Assembly (NCBI RefSeq): GCF_006345805.1
Contig: NC_043004.1
Coordinates: forward strand, 13,826,001-13,890,000
DNA: 64,000 nt
Direction of reading: 5' to 3'
Origin: Octopus sinensis
Taxonomy: Eukaryota
The notes under the pieces are model-generated. The model saw only the letters and a list, made by a program, of their open reading frames with translations, was not told the DNA's origin and did not search any database. Shown in pieces: positions 49,850 through 64,000 of this stretch (positions within the stretch are counted from its first letter, which is position 1; each line of letters starts with the position of its first letter). Both the position numbers and the translations under genes were made by a program.

Positions 49850-52300
49850 GTCTGTGAACAATATCACTAATTTTTAGAATCATTACTGTAGACTAACAAG
49901 TGTACAAGTACAGACTAATTTGTGAATTCTACTTATCTCTAAATACTACAATAATATTGTCTGAGAACATTTAAAGTATTTCTCCTTCAGTCAATACTGT
50001 TATATAATTTTCTTACTAAAAATGTTTCTTTATATAGAATACGCTCCTGCTGCAATTAGGGGCGAGGTTTCTGATATGACAAGTGGCCAAACCACGATTA
50101 TTAACACACTTCACAAAGAGAAGAAGACAGAGTAGTTTATTGTCGAAAATGTAGGCTATTCCCAGAGCTCTATATTGCAGCCACTTCCTCTAAAGCCATC
50201 AGCAAGAAAGCCGAAAAGAAAACTTTAGCTCCGAGAAAACCATGTGTAAGGAATTTACAGTAGCAGGATCTTGTACAGACGTACAGACGATGTCAAGAGA
50301 CGGAATGTAGCAGCCAAGCATCTGGTATCAGTTCTCTTCGCAGTGAAAGGCAGCCAAGTAGATGTGTCAGATGTTGGGTAGTGAACATAGGTCTTGTTTC
50401 CTAATCAGAGCAAGTTTAATATGCCATAGGGAAACTAAGATGCTGTGCTTGGCAGAGGACTGGAGACAGAGTGATAGATAGAGAGATAGGGAGAGAGAGA
50501 GAGATAACGAGAGAGAGATCCTACTAGTTTGGAGTCCAGCAAATAACTAACGAATCACTGCGTTTCCACAGAGTCATTATGGACTTAGAGATCCACCGAA
50601 AGTTCTTGGAGTAGTTCATTCTTTCCTCATTCGTTAGGATATTTGGTGATGCAGAATCCGTCTTACAACAAGATTTTACAGATGCACACAGCATCAAAAG
50701 AACTAAAACTTAGTTTTCTTATACCATTAAGATGCTTCCTTGGCGAGATAGTTAACCTGAATTGATCCCTTAAAAAGATCTACTGGGAATAGTTCAAATG
50801 AATCCAGCTTGCTTTCTGGTAATCAGATTTAACTGAAGGCGGCTACATGAGGCCCCCAAGACATTCATCACGAATAACTAGTGTCGTAACTTTATCTCAT
50901 CTCCGCCATTATGTATTCAGCCAGGTATTTGAAGCTAAACGATACCTAAAGAAATGCTAGTCAAAATTCCTTACTACGGAAAGATAATTTAACAATTTAC
51001 TAATTTTTTTATCACTTTGCTCTGTTGTAATCAAATGTGAAAGGAGAGATAATATAATCTAATGTAGCAATGTCGTTCCCTCTATCCATCGTTTTGTTTC
51101 TCAGATAATCACGAACTTAACTGCAACATAACTTCCTCGATCCCTTCAATTAATTCTACTGTTACCTCAGTTTAACTTGACTGTTGTTGTTTGTTCCTTC
51201 TCGAGCCATACCTGGCACATAGGGCCGGTTTCCCGGTTTCCTTGGCGTATAGATTCCCCACCTGGACGGGACGTCGGTCCGTCGCAGGTGAGATGCAAGA
51301 TGCAGGAGGAAAGAGTGAGAGAATGTTGTGGCGAAAGAGTCAGCAGAAGTTCGCAATTATCTTCTGCCGGAGCTGCGCGGAGCTTAGGTGTTTCGCTCAT
51401 AAACACACACATCACTCGGTCTGAGATTCGAACCCGCAATCCCTCGACCGCGAACCGCTGCTCTAACTACTAGGCCATGTCCCTCCAACTTGACTGTTAC
51501 TTCAGTTTAATTACATTGTGATTTAAACCTAACTCTTCTTTTTTCCCCAATTTAAACTCCATTGAAATCCAAATTTAATTTTATCGTTACCAAATTCTAA
51601 CTTCGCTGCCACAACGAAATAACTTCAGAACAACTCGGCATAATGTTTCTCATAATGCCTTAGATATATCCATGGCAATTAACGAGATGTGGTATAGACG
51701 ATTGCCTCACGAAATGGTCGGACATAATATACCCTACGCAGAGTATTTTCCAGGATCCAAACATCCTGAAAGGGAAGAAGTCGGAAGTTACTGGAATGGT
51801 TAGTCCTCTGAAATATACAGAACTATATGTTTAAACCTATGTTCTTCCTTATTGTATATCAATCATTTACCTGACGAACTAACATGGTATTTTATTGATA
51901 TAATTCTTAACAAGAAACCTTACAATCTCACCTATAAGACTAATTCTTTTGGACCTAAGATCATATATTTAGAGTGATTGACCTGAATAGTGAAGCGGGG
52001 AAAATATTCTTCTTGTATCTAAAATTTTCAAGACCAGCCAACTATAACTCCTCCATCATTTTAAATTTCATGGCACCCTGGCCCTATTTTGAGGGAGCGG
52101 ATTATTTTGAGGGAACTTCTCTCTTTAGGTTTTACCTCTTTCTTGGTCGACACTTAAGTCATAAATTCATGCTTGGTCTGAGAGGCAACACCTAGGTTAC
52201 ATCAGTTACCATGGTGATGGCTGGAATGGTGACCTCGTACAACCATCGAAACGAATTTCTGTCATTTGAAGCTCTATTGTACAGCGCTTAGAAAAGCTGA
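49850..52300 (+). pseudogene. Highly decayed CR1/Jockey-group LINE ORF2, interrupted by microsatellite and SINE insertions
   Basis: LDISMAINEMWYRRLPHEM (cf. LDISKAFDRVWHxGLLHKL) at about 51660, LLYINHLPDE (cf. FLLYINDLP) at about 51850, QVFEA at about 50920; outer boundaries are uncertain. Confidence 0.5.
51186..51486 (-). mobile_element. Full-length tRNA-derived SINE with a 12-bp target-site duplication
   Basis: AACTTGACTGTT at 51174-51185 and 51487-51498; head GGAGGGACATGGCCTAGTAGTTAGAGC, B box GGTTCGAATCTC, (AAC)n tail. Confidence 0.9.
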
Positions 52301-52840
52301 AGAACTGCTGCGTAAGTGTTGGAATCTGGGAAAGGAATAATTAATTGGCCCCCCTGTATTTTCTTTTTCCCAAAGCCAGGAATTTTTCAGCATCCCCTAG
52401 TATATAACATGTCTCAAAATAATTCAAACCATATGACAAGCTTCAAACTACTTTTCCTCTTAACAACATTATACAAAGAGAAACACACAGACAGACAGAC
52501 ACAGACACACTCATACATAGATATATAGAGATACACACCTACATGCTTATATATATATACATGCATACATTACATACATACTCATTTACATGCACACTTG
52601 CATAAAACACACACATACCCACACACCCACCACGCACACACAGACATACATACACACACATGTGTATATATATATATATATATCACTAGAAGCTAAAGAA
52701 ATTTATGAGAAAGAGGAAGAAACGTAATTCTGATAGAAAACTTGAATGTCAACATTATCATTTACTTGCGTATCACGAGTATTTTGTCCTGACAAGAGAA
52801 GTGAAGAACATATGATATGGAAGTAGCAAAAGGCGCTGTA

Positions 52841-52902
<62 letters not shown>

Positions 52903-53267
52903 TGTAGTAGTAGCAGTAGTATTTGTTGTTGTTTTGCCTCATCAAATCAGCCATCGTTGTGTAAGCTTACGAACAAAATGTTTTCCAGCCATACTCGTCT
53001 TTTGTTGTCTAGGAAACTGTACATGGAATATAGCGTGTCTCTCATTTTTCCATATCGTAGGGTGAAATTTGAAGAGAATATTGTTGTTATTTCTAGCAGA
53101 TAGAACCGACCGTATGGCAGCTCCATCGTAGGAGAAATATAACAGCACTAATTGCGGCTAGGGTAATGATATGAGCTGGCAAAATAAACGTGTTCATTGT
53201 CAAGAGTTGGAGGGCGTGGAATACATTTAGTCTTTGGCGGTGGAGTGTTGTATATAACTATGTGTAA

Positions 53268-53507
53268 TACTCTTTTACTTGTTTCAGTCATTTGACTGCG
53301 GCCATGCTGGAGCACTACCTTCTGTCGAGCAAATCGCCCCCAGGACATATTCTTTGTAAGCCTAGTACTTATTCTATCGGCGTATTTTTGGCGAAACCGC
53401 TTAAGTTACGGGGGCTTAAACACACCACCATCGGTTGTCAAGCGATGTTGGGGGGACAAACACAGACACTCAAATACACAAACACACACACACACACACA
53501 CACACAC

Positions 53508-53559
<52 letters not shown>

Positions 53560-53725
53560 TACGACCGGCTTCTTCCCGTTTCCGTCTACCAAATCCACTC
53601 GCAAGGCTTTGGTCGGCTCGAGGTTATAGTAGAAGACACTTGCCCAAGGAGCCACGCAGTGGTACTGAACCCAGAAACATGTGGTTGGTAAGCAAGCTGC
53701 TTACCACACAGTCACTCCTGCGCCT
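53268..53725 (-). mobile_element. Full-length SINE family A
   Basis: Reverse complement of the 13310 copy. Confidence 0.88.
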
Positions 53726-54049
53726 ACAATACTGGTAAAACTCTGCAGCGATGCATTAGTGGATTGTAGGTACAGAACCATCTGCCAGTATATATTACGG
53801 GATAGAGACAATATCTATATATTAAATGAAGGCTTGCACGTTGCCTAGCAACTATTTTATTACAAAAAAATATCTCAGTATACAGTCAGATTTGCATTGT
53901 TTGTGTATATATGAATCTATGCGCGTGTCTGTGTATCTGCGTGCCTGCGTATAGCCGTCGGTCTGTATGTGGGCCTATGAATAGTTTTTCTTCTCACTTC
54001 TTCCTAGGTGTATGTGATGTAGAGTTTTATGTAAGTCTATATTCATGCT

Positions 54050-54087
<38 letters not shown>

Positions 54088-54889
54088 TGTGTGTGTGTGT
54101 GACTAATACGTTTGCCCATATTATATTTAAATGTGTGAAAGCATGTGTTTTTGTGCGCCTCTCTATGTCTGTGTGTATATGTGTATGTGTGTGCGTCTGT
54201 GTGTTTGTGTGTATACGCGCGTGTGCTATATATTTTCCCTGTCTGTGTTAATATGTATTACTTCTCTTTGAGTTGTTGTTTATTAATAGCTTTGGATGTG
54301 ATATTTGAGAATTTCATATTATATATTTCTCTGTGTGATATTTGTCTGCATGTCTCAATATTTGAATATAGAGGTTTATATAAATGCGATTCTGTGAACA
54401 TATAATTGAATAACTCTATCTCACAATGTTTGACATAGAATCTATGTATTATTCAATCAAGGCCCTAACATGTTTTTTCATTTCTTATGAAATATGTTTA
54501 GCTATATACGCAAATTGCTACTTGCTTATTTCTCTCTAAAAAACATATTTACACATCCAAACCCTCCTCGTCACAACCCCGTATATCCTACGCCATAAAT
54601 ATAAAATGACCGCCGGCGAAATTTCTAATTTCTAAATTTCGAAGTTATTTTCATTATGAGAACGTCCGGGACAAATGCTTTGTCTTATAAATTTTGGTTC
54701 TTTTTGGTCTGAGTTCAAAACTTACCGAGGTAGCCTTGCTTTTCATCCATCGGAGATCGTTAAAATGAGGTATCGACAAATCACCTCTTTTAAAATTTGT
54801 TGGTTTGGTACCAAAAATTTAAAACCATTATTATGACACCCAGAAATCCACAAAACAGTATCAAGCCAGCATCCTAGAGAAATAGACCA

Positions 54890-55260
54890 CAGGAGATCTG
54901 TGTCTTCATACACAGATGACCGTACTGTCATTATGTTGGACTCTCCGGATATAGATATGAGTGACAGTATACTTAAATGATGTCAGGTATGTACAGGAGC
55001 ACACATAGAACAGGACAAATCAGTGGGTTTGCAACTAAGCTCTTTGAAAGGCAAGTTCATATTGACTGGCGGCAATTCCTGTCGCTCGACGGAGGGTCCA
55101 GTGAAAGTGCTTGGAGTTTGTTCGGACCAAATCATTAGTTGGATAGGAACTGGGAAAAGGTCATGATCAGGGTGGTCAAGCTCACTCCCAAATGGGCAGA
55201 AAGGAAGCTGGCCCTGAAAGGTCGGGCGAAAGTCGCGAATGCATATATCGCCTCGGTAGG
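54890..55260 (+). pseudogene. L1/Tx1-like reverse transcriptase fragment
   Basis: SSYTDDRTVIM (YADD-like), TGAHIEQDKSVGLQL...EGPVKVLGV, NWEKVMIRVVKLTPKWAERKLALKGRAKVANAYIAS. Confidence 0.7.
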
Positions 55261-55262
55261 AC

Positions 55263-55328
<66 letters not shown>

Positions 55329-55331
<3 letters not shown>

Positions 55332-55468
55332 TAGTTTTATTTTTATAGCGTGCTTTCACTTCACTACCGAGCGCAGCTCTGTGTGCCTTGGGTATGTGCT
55401 GTGATTTGTTGTGATGCTCTGATGGTTATTGTATGGAAAGTGTTCTGCGTAGGATGTGTGCAGTGCTT
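55329..55468 (-). mobile_element. 3' end of an R4/Dong-like element embedded in (TAA)n
   Basis: Minus strand reads TAHILRRTLSIQ* followed by a short 3' UTR; (TTA)n arrays on both sides. Confidence 0.65.
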
Positions 55469-55483
55469 ATTATTATTATTATA

Positions 55484-55548
<65 letters not shown>

Positions 55549-55562
55549 TTTTATTATTATTA

Positions 55563-55604
<42 letters not shown>

Positions 55605-55607
55605 TAT

Positions 55608-55645
<38 letters not shown>

Positions 55646-55666
55646 ATACTACTACTATTATTATTA

Positions 55667-55712
<46 letters not shown>

Positions 55713-55949
55713 GTTATTATTATTCTTACTAAATGTGGAAAGTTTGCAAAATCGTTAGCCTATCGTGAAAAATGCTTAGCGGCATTGTAACTAGTGAGTG
55801 GTAAATATATTAAAACAGGAGCTACTAAAATAGGGAGTTAGACAGGCTTTTATAGTTTGCATGACCATGTGTCTTGATGGCAAGGCAATGTGAGTATTTT
55901 AGTACTAAGTAAATTAAACGTTAGTTTTCTTTTATTTTTCTTAGTTTCA

Positions 55950-56255
55950 GCCCAAGGGCTGCAGCCATCATGGGGGCACTGCCTTTTGCTTTCCTATACT
56001 TCTACTAAACCTCCTTTGATGTGTAGTATTCGGTGAACGAGGGAGTTTGTTGTTGCTACCTTAATCTATGTTTCTTGCATGGAGGAGGCTCATCGAGGAA
56101 CACTTGATAGAAGGAGATTCAGTTTTGTTTTGATGACGCTTACATCGACCCCATATAGGTCTCTCAGGATTTGTAGGTAGATACTGAAGAGCTGTGGGCC
56201 CTTGAAGCCCAGGCTGTCTTATATCCTCATGGCAATGTTGAGGTGTTTGGAACTA
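55950..56255 (-). pseudogene. CR1/L2-group LINE ORF2 C-terminal fragment
   Basis: Minus strand, across frameshifts: ...LRDLYGVDVSVIKTKLNLLLSSV...DEPP..., resembling the GPxLFNxLP...FKxxLDxFL..VPDEP end of such elements. Confidence 0.55.
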
Positions 56256-56289
56256 TGCAGTAGCGCCTCTTTTATATAAATATACGTAT

Positions 56290-56640
56290 GTATATTTCGT
56301 TGTGACACTCCGTCGGTTACGACGACGAGGGTTCCAGCTGATCCGCTCAGCGGAACAGCCTGCTCGTGAAATTAACGTGCAAGTGGCTGAGTATTCCACA
56401 GACACGTGTACCCCTGTGACAAGGCAAGCCCTTTGAAGTACAAGCACAACAGAAAGAGGAAGAAAGAGTGAGAAGAGAAAGTTGTGGTGAAAGAGTACAG
56501 CAGGATTCACCACCATCCCTTTCTGGAGCCTCGTGGAGGTTTTAGGCTCAATAAACACACACAACGCTTGTTCTAGGAATCGAAACTTCGATCTTACGAC
56601 CGCGAGTCCGCTGCCATAACCACTGGGCTCTTGCGCCTCC
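56290..56640 (-). mobile_element. SINE family C
   Basis: GCTCGTGAAATTAACGTGCAAGTGGCTGAG body; head ...ACCACTGGGCTCTTGCGCCTCC. Confidence 0.8.
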
Positions 56641-57217
56641 ACTTGCATGTATGTATCTATATATAAAGATAGAAATAGCTGTTCATACACACAGAGATAT
56701 ACATAGGTGTGTGGATGTATGTATATATATAATATATATATTATATATATTATAATATTATATATATGTATGTATATATGTGTGTGTATGTGTGTGCGTG
56801 TGTGTGTGTTTGTTTGTGTGTGCGTGTGAATGTGTAAATTGTTTGAAGATCTTGTACATTAACAGGTGAAACTCAGAGTAGCAAGAGATTCAGCATCCAA
56901 AATAAAATATATTATTAGTCTCGACGATGGTATTTTCTCGTTAGCTCTGAACGAACACACACACTCACACACACACGTGATCTTCATACACAAACATATG
57001 TGACGTTCATACACACACACGTAATGATGAAAAATACTTAGAAAAGGTTGAAAAAGCGTCAATTCTTTTTATGTACACGTATTTTTTTTTGTGTAATTTT
57101 AAAAATTTTAACATTTTAGCATAAGCCGAAAATAACTTTGTTCTATGTCTTCATAAGTATGGAAATAAAAATGCACAATTTTATCTTTGCAGAATTTCTT
57201 CGTATTTAGTTTAATTG

Positions 57218-57255
<38 letters not shown>

Positions 57256-57398
57256 TTACATATATATATATATGTATATACATACATATATATGTTATAT
57301 ATATATGTATATATACATATATATGTATATACATATATATGTATGCATATATATATATATATGTATGTATGTATATATAATATATATATACATACATG

Positions 57399-57479
<81 letters not shown>

Positions 57480-58248
57480 GCGTACATGTAGATACGTACA
57501 TACATACCGAACTACAGAAATATTTACATATAACTCTATTCTTACTGTGATCTAAGAAGAATTCATAGTTTACTATTAAGGAATTTATATACTACGTTTG
57601 GTCACGATCATCTTGAAGCATTTCAAGTGACATTTTATTTAATAAGCATCTGTAATTTTTCGTATGGAAACAGTTAATTTACTTCATAATCTTCGCTAGA
57701 TCTCTTGCCTAGTCTTTAATTAATTATCTCTTGCTACGACTAGAAAGCCTACTGTTAAGAGAGACTGCATAGCACTTCATTACGTAAATTATTTATAACC
57801 AACGTGTTCACTTCTAAGACATAAGAACCTCTCTTGCCCTCGCCCTGAATTATCACTACAACACTAGAAACCGTTAATTAGGCATTTATGTATTACTACA
57901 GTTATGATATCATCATGTCTGACTACTACGATTCGTCTATTACTTTAACTTTACATAGGCCTCAACTACATAAGAAAGGAAGATAATTATACATCCGAAA
58001 GTTTACTGCTGTATAATCTACCACATCTAAGAACTACGCTATATACTTGTGTAACATCGACATAGAGCTAGTAGAAATATCTACAAGTCTAACACTACAT
58101 AAGCTACTACGACACTGTATATTGGTGTAAAATCTCATAGAACATTGCCTAAATGGACATGAAAATAATACTCCATACACAAGTATAACATTTAATATTA
58201 CTATATTAACTCATTGAAAATTGAAAAGTGTACATACTTCAAAAACTA

Positions 58249-58294
<46 letters not shown>

Positions 58295-58565
58295 TACATA
58301 TATACATATATATACATATATATACATATAAGAAGGATGACCATTACGTGGACAACCCTTATGCTAGAAGTAGATCCGCTATGGTCTTACCACTAAGAAA
58401 CGAATGTTCTCAAGAAAATTCATCCCTCTTATATGTATGTAATATAATTTTCTGAACCTTCAGATTTTGATGTTCTAGACCACTGGTTTTAAATTGATAT
58501 TGAAAAAAAATAATATTCAACATTTCACCCATATTATTTTAAATTTAAATTTATATATATATATA

Positions 58566-58636
<71 letters not shown>

Positions 58637-59144
58637 GTGTAGCACAACTGGACTATTGAAATACGACATTGTAATATACGACGTCATCACAACCACCACT
58701 ACCACCACCACCACCACCTCCACCACCATCATCTTCATCATCGTCATCGTCGACCATGTCGTCGTCGTCATTATCGTCGTCATCGTCATCATCACCCTCC
58801 TCCTCATCACCTTTGTGGTCATCCTTTTGATGTGCATCTTCCATGCCGGAATCCGATTGAGGACTGCATCAAGCTCCATTGTCTGCCGTGGCATGGTTTC
58901 CACGGCTGTTTATCTTTCATAAAGCCAACCATTATTTTGCAGAGTGCACCGGGTGTCTTTTCGGCAGCATGACACCAGTGTGGGCGCGAAGTAACTCACA
59001 AGGCAAAACCCCTTAGTTCAGGCACGAGTAGTTGTAAGGGAAATAGCTTTGTGCCAGGTGATAAGAGGCTAAAGTATTACAGAGGGGCAAAAACAAACAT
59101 TTTACTGTGTAGAGACTGTTAAGTTTCTTTACTCTTCACTCATT

Positions 59145-59364
59145 GACTCTTCTACTTGTTTCAGTCATTTGAATGCGGCCATGCTGGTGCACCGCCTTTA
59201 GTCGAGCAAATCGACACCAGGACTTATTCTTTGGAAGCCTAGTACTTATTCTATCGGTCTTTTTTATTGAACCGCTAGGTTACGGGGACGTAAACACACC
59301 TGCATCGGTTGTCAAGCGATGCTGGGGGAAAAAACACAGACACACAAACACACACACACACACC

Positions 59365-59402
<38 letters not shown>

Positions 59403-59579
59403 TATACATATATACGACGGGCTTCTTTATAGTTTCCGTCTACCAAATCCACTCACAAGGCTTTGGTCAGCCCGAGGCTATAGTAGGAAACACTTGCTCA
59501 AGGTGCCACGCAGTGGGATTGAACCAGGAACCATGTAGTTCGCAAGCAAGCTACTTACCACACAGCCACTCCTGCGCCT
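59145..59579 (-). mobile_element. Full-length SINE family A
   Basis: Reverse complement of the 13310 copy. Confidence 0.9.
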
Positions 59580-60817
59580 ATCTTTAATGAAGATGTTAGA
59601 AATTGGTGGCTAGCATAAAAATACTGAAAGGTAAGAATTGAGTAGGCCAAACGAGCATTGTAAAGAGACATTGTGTATAGCCACAGTCGTAAAGGAAGTG
59701 AGTAACTTTGGATATTGTCGTTACACAAGTTATAATATGAATAAAAGCCAGACAATATGCGTCAAAGCAATGAGAATATAAATGAAATTTAACAATCTGA
59801 TTCTTCCTGTAGGTAGGAAAACTATAGGTATGTTGGCCTGTAATTCAGTTGTTTGACAGGAACCTACGAGAAGCGACCGCTATGAAATATTGAAAAGTAA
59901 AACGATTAGTCAAGCATCATGTACTAAACAAAAAATTCTAAGTCACTGATTTAACGTGAACACGAGATGGTCATGGACTGAGAGGTTTTACAGAAATGTC
60001 TAAATGTCATTATTAATATTGGGAAGCAAATATTTTACTGCAGCAGAAAATATTTCGCAAAAACTTTGTTGGATTTCCAACAAATAATATAAATAATATA
60101 TCGAATTTAACGGTTAAAAAAATTGTAACACATTTGACAAGTAACAAATCTAGTGTTTATGGTAAACAATAAAGTGTGTAAAATACGTCAATAAGATATT
60201 TACATTAATGATACAGGCAAAAAAAATAAAGAAAATACAATTTAACTTGGATGAAATACGTTGATGATGTGAAGTGGTGAGAGGCATCAATAGTTCCATT
60301 GCTGGAAGGTATCATTACAAAGTTTCCAATGTGTTTGATAGCTGCATTATTAATAACTACTTGGAATTAAATATGAATTGATGCATCACTAAAAGAAACG
60401 AAGTGATTTTAATGATGCGAGTCAGTGGTAAACGACCTTGCTGAAGATAATATAGTAGAAAGTGAAAACAATGGTTGTAAAGGTAGGAGAAAATTTAAGT
60501 GAAGATATAAGAAGAAAATATAAATAAACAAATAGACGATATGAATAAATTGTTGATATCGTTCAAATAAATGCGATTGTAGTAATCAGCTAAAATAAAA
60601 GAGATATCCGAATTTTTTGGGAAAAATGCACATTTTTCAATGAAATTTGTTGTTTTCAATTGAAAGGCAATTTGCAATATATATTAATTGTAAGATAATA
60701 ATGCGTCGCAACATCAAAGAGAGACTGAAAAGGTGAGTGAAAGTAAGAGCATTACAGGTAGATAATCATGGATTAACTGTTCAGGTAATAAAAAAAAATA
60801 TTACTGAAAGATTAAGA

Positions 60818-60993
60818 CGGCAAGCGGCATTTCGTCCGTCTTCGCGTTCTAAGCTCAAATTCCACCGAGGTCGACTTTCCATTTCAACCTTCTGGAGTCG
60901 ATAAATTAGGGGCTGGTTGAATACTGGGGTCGATGTAATCGACTTTCCCCCTCCCCCAAAATTGCAGAGCTTGTGCCAAAATTGGAACTCATG

Positions 60994-61058
<65 letters not shown>

Positions 61059-62405
61059 CAACGTGGTATAGGAGGCGAGCTGGCAGAATCGTTACCGAGC
61101 CGGGAGAAATGCTTAACGGTATTTCGTCCGACGTCGATTTTGCCTTTTATCCTTTCGGGGTCGATAAAATTGGGCAGTGAGGTCGAGGTAATCGACTTAA
61201 TCTCTCCTTCAAAATTTCAGGCCTTGTGCCAATATTAAAAAAAAGATTATTACCTCAGCCTTAGCGAAGACGGAGGTATTCTTTTCAGTCGTGTTTGTTT
61301 GTCTGTTTGTCAGTGGACAAGATATCTCAAGAACCGCTGGATGGATTCGGATGAAACTTTAAGAGATGTTTGGCATTTTGACTGGCACGAACTGATTAGA
61401 TTCTGGGATCAATCCAGCACCAGACAAGGCTGGGATCCTTTTCCTGTTTTTTACTTAATTTTTGAGAGCGCTCTGGTTCATTTTTAGTATTCTCCTTTGT
61501 GAGAGCAGTCAAATTTATTTCAGATATTCTCATTTTAAAAATCACCCCCGGCTAATCGTTGGCGGAGGTTTGCTTTTTCGGAGTGCTCTTGTTATGATTA
61601 ATATTATGGTTAAGGCAGCGAGCTGTCAGAATCGTTAGCACGCCCGGCGAAATGCCTTTCAACCTTTTGGGGTCGGTAAATTACGTACCACTTACGCACT
61701 GGGGTCGATGTAAACGATTCAATCCCTTTGTCCGTCCTTGTTTGTCCCCACTGTTTAGCTCCATGTGGGCAATAAAGAAATAAATATTATGTTTCTTCTT
61801 CTTATTAATTATGTACATGGCGGCGAGCTGGCAGAAACGTTTGCACGCCGGGCGAAATACGTAGCCGTATTACGTCTGCAGTTACGTTCTGAGTTCAAAT
61901 TCCGCCGAGGTGGACTTTGCCTTTCATCCTTTCGGGATCGATGAATTAAGTACCAATTATGCACTGGGATCGATATAACCGACTTAATCCGTTTGTCTGT
62001 CCTTGTTTGTCCTCTCTGTGTGTAGCGCCTTGTGGGTAGTAAAGAAATAGGTATTTCGGTTGTCCCTACGTTCTGAGTTGAAATTCCACCGAGGTCAACT
62101 TTGCCTTTCATCCTTTTGGAGTCGACTAAATAAGTACCAGTTACGCACTGGTGTCGATATAATCGACTCAATCCGTTTGTCTTTCCTTGTTTGTCCCCTC
62201 TGTGTGTGTAGCCCCTTATGGGCAGTAAAGAAATAGATATTTCGTCCGTCGCTATGTTCTGAGTTCAAATTCCGCCGAGGCCGACTTTGCCTTTCATCCT
62301 TTCCGAGTCGATAAATTAGGTACCAGTGACACAGTGGGGTCGATGTAATCGACTAGACTCCCCTCCCACATTTCAGTCCTTGTGCCTATAGTAGAAAGGA
62401 TTATT
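60818..62405 (+). mobile_element. SINE family B cluster including a trimer at 61816-62405
   Basis: Junctions AAATAG|GTATTTC (62050/51) and AAATAG|ATATTTC (62236/37). Confidence 0.85.
61248..61593 (+). mobile_element. HINE/DINE-1-like non-autonomous Helentron-associated element
   Basis: 5' ATTACCTCAGCC with hairpin partner GACGGAGGTA, GTTT/GTCT microsatellite, 3' subterminal TTGGCGGAGGT, T-rich insertion context. Confidence 0.7.
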
Positions 62406-62878
62406 ATTAACGATGTGCTACCCATGTTGAACACTTACGATTAATAAATATTTTACCTAATACTATTTTACGGTGCCGTCGAACTCATTAATTTCTGTAT
62501 CTAAGAAAATTTTGTTTAAAATTAAATTATTCTACACCTGAAAATTTCAGTGAATTTAAATCACAGCAGATTATTTGCGAATGGGAAATAACGATTCGAG
62601 ACGTACTGCATAAAACGCAAAGAACTCCGTGGAATCACCGAAACTTTACTTACTTTCTTTTCAAAACACATGTCTAACTTTATACTCATCAAAAGCAGTT
62701 TTTTTATGTAGCTCATTACCTTTGCTTTACACTCAAGCCTAACCATTTCTTTATCTACAGCTATTTATTACATTCGTTGCAAATAATTCTGAATAATCTG
62801 CCTCCTCTCACCATTTTACTTAGTTCTTAATTACGCTGCAGGCTGCAGGTACGGAAAAACCATTAATTTATATATATG

Positions 62879-62948
<70 letters not shown>

Positions 62949-64000
62949 TTATATGTATATTTATATATAACATGTGTGTGTGTGTGTGTCGCACTTTCCT
63001 TCATGCAACACCCGAAACAGATTCGAAATGGAAGAAAACTAAAATATCATACTAAGAGTGGGGGAATGAGGAATTACAGAAAAGCTTCTTCTGCGGAATA
63101 GTCAAAGAACATCGAGAGGATTCGAAGATAAATTTAATTACATTTATATATTACCCCAGTTGCTTGTATGTTTGTTTTTTCACGAATGTTTTCTCGCTGC
63201 CTTGCCTATAGTTAATTACCTTAAAAGATCTTAATAGGTGGCTTCATTTAACATACCCGTAATTCTCCGAATATATCCAGCATTATAAGAAGATTAGTGA
63301 GCAAAGCGGTAAACCAGGCGTACACCATAATATAATGAAAACGTTAGAAAATATATCCATCACATCTTTAGCAGCATTTAGAATAAGAAACTTCTATTTG
63401 AAGTAATGGTGAAACATCAACCAGAATCGAGTTTGTTAAATGTTAAGTAGTCAGGGATCTCAACTTGATTTATTCTGCATTTATCAAATCTAAGACAAAA
63501 TGGATTTAAGAGAATATCAACGTAACCTCTGAATTAATGAAAACTGCGAGAAAGGAAGGGATCGGGAGATAATAGAGTTCTACCATAACAGAGAAAGAGA
63601 TAAAGACATCTGATTTTGGAGAAGAAGTAATGAACAGGAAGGGAAGGAATGTTATGCAGTGAGAAATTTGTCGAAGTTTATGGAAAAAAAAGTTAATTAA
63701 ATCTACAAATAGATTTTAATAGAATATTCAGTAGAAATAAATGGTTTATTAAGATGTGTATGTAATTTGAATTCAACTTTATCCATCATGAAAATTGGTA
63801 AAAAAATTGAAAGTTGTGACATGAAGCCAGTGTTAGTTTTGTAAGAAAAAAAAAAAAGAGAAGCATTTCATCTGGTATCGTGATGAAAAACACGTGATGA
63901 GAATAATTATGCGGAAATACACGACTTTGCGTTTATGATCGTTGAAAGTGTTTGATTAAAGCATGAAGATATTTTAAATACTGTTTGCTGGTACTGGATT

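Noticed and set aside
58517-58922. Asp/Gly-rich ORFs resembling an acidic protein
   Set aside because: The low-complexity CAT/CGT/CAC tract adjoins a repeat-like segment (CCATGCCGG...GGCATGGTTTCCACGGCTG...GCCAACC) and looks like a retroelement tail; no splice or domain support.
59600-60780. Repeat-free AT-rich stretch whose minus-strand translations look hydrophobic (receptor or channel pseudogene?)
   Set aside because: Stops in every frame, and hydrophobicity is expected from T-richness; no motif I can confidently assign.

Overview
AT-rich, microsatellite-saturated animal genomic DNA with one 100-N gap. The tRNA-derived SINE families and repeat make-up strongly suggest an octopus (inferred, not verified). 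I find no intact protein-coding gene, and almost all listed ORFs are translations of simple repeats or SINEs. Recognisable coding remnants are all transposon relics: an internally deleted Helitron (3.3-5.4 kb), a CRE-type restriction-like endonuclease fragment (12 kb), a Penelope-like GIY-YIG element with inverted pseudo-LTRs (27.3-30.0 kb), and L1/Tx1, R4/Dong-like and CR1/L2-like LINE fragments. There are also non-autonomous Helitron/HINE and Tc1/mariner/pogo MITEs and three abundant SINE families. The main hidden signal is structural RNA. By eye there are about 15 intact-looking and about 8 degenerate or half type I hammerhead ribozymes, from at least six sequence families. Most sit back-to-back in long DNA palindromes next to (TA)n tracts, so either strand carries a ribozyme. 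One family is demonstrably homologous to the Penelope pseudo-LTR in this window. All calls come from manual reading, not from database searches or folding programs.
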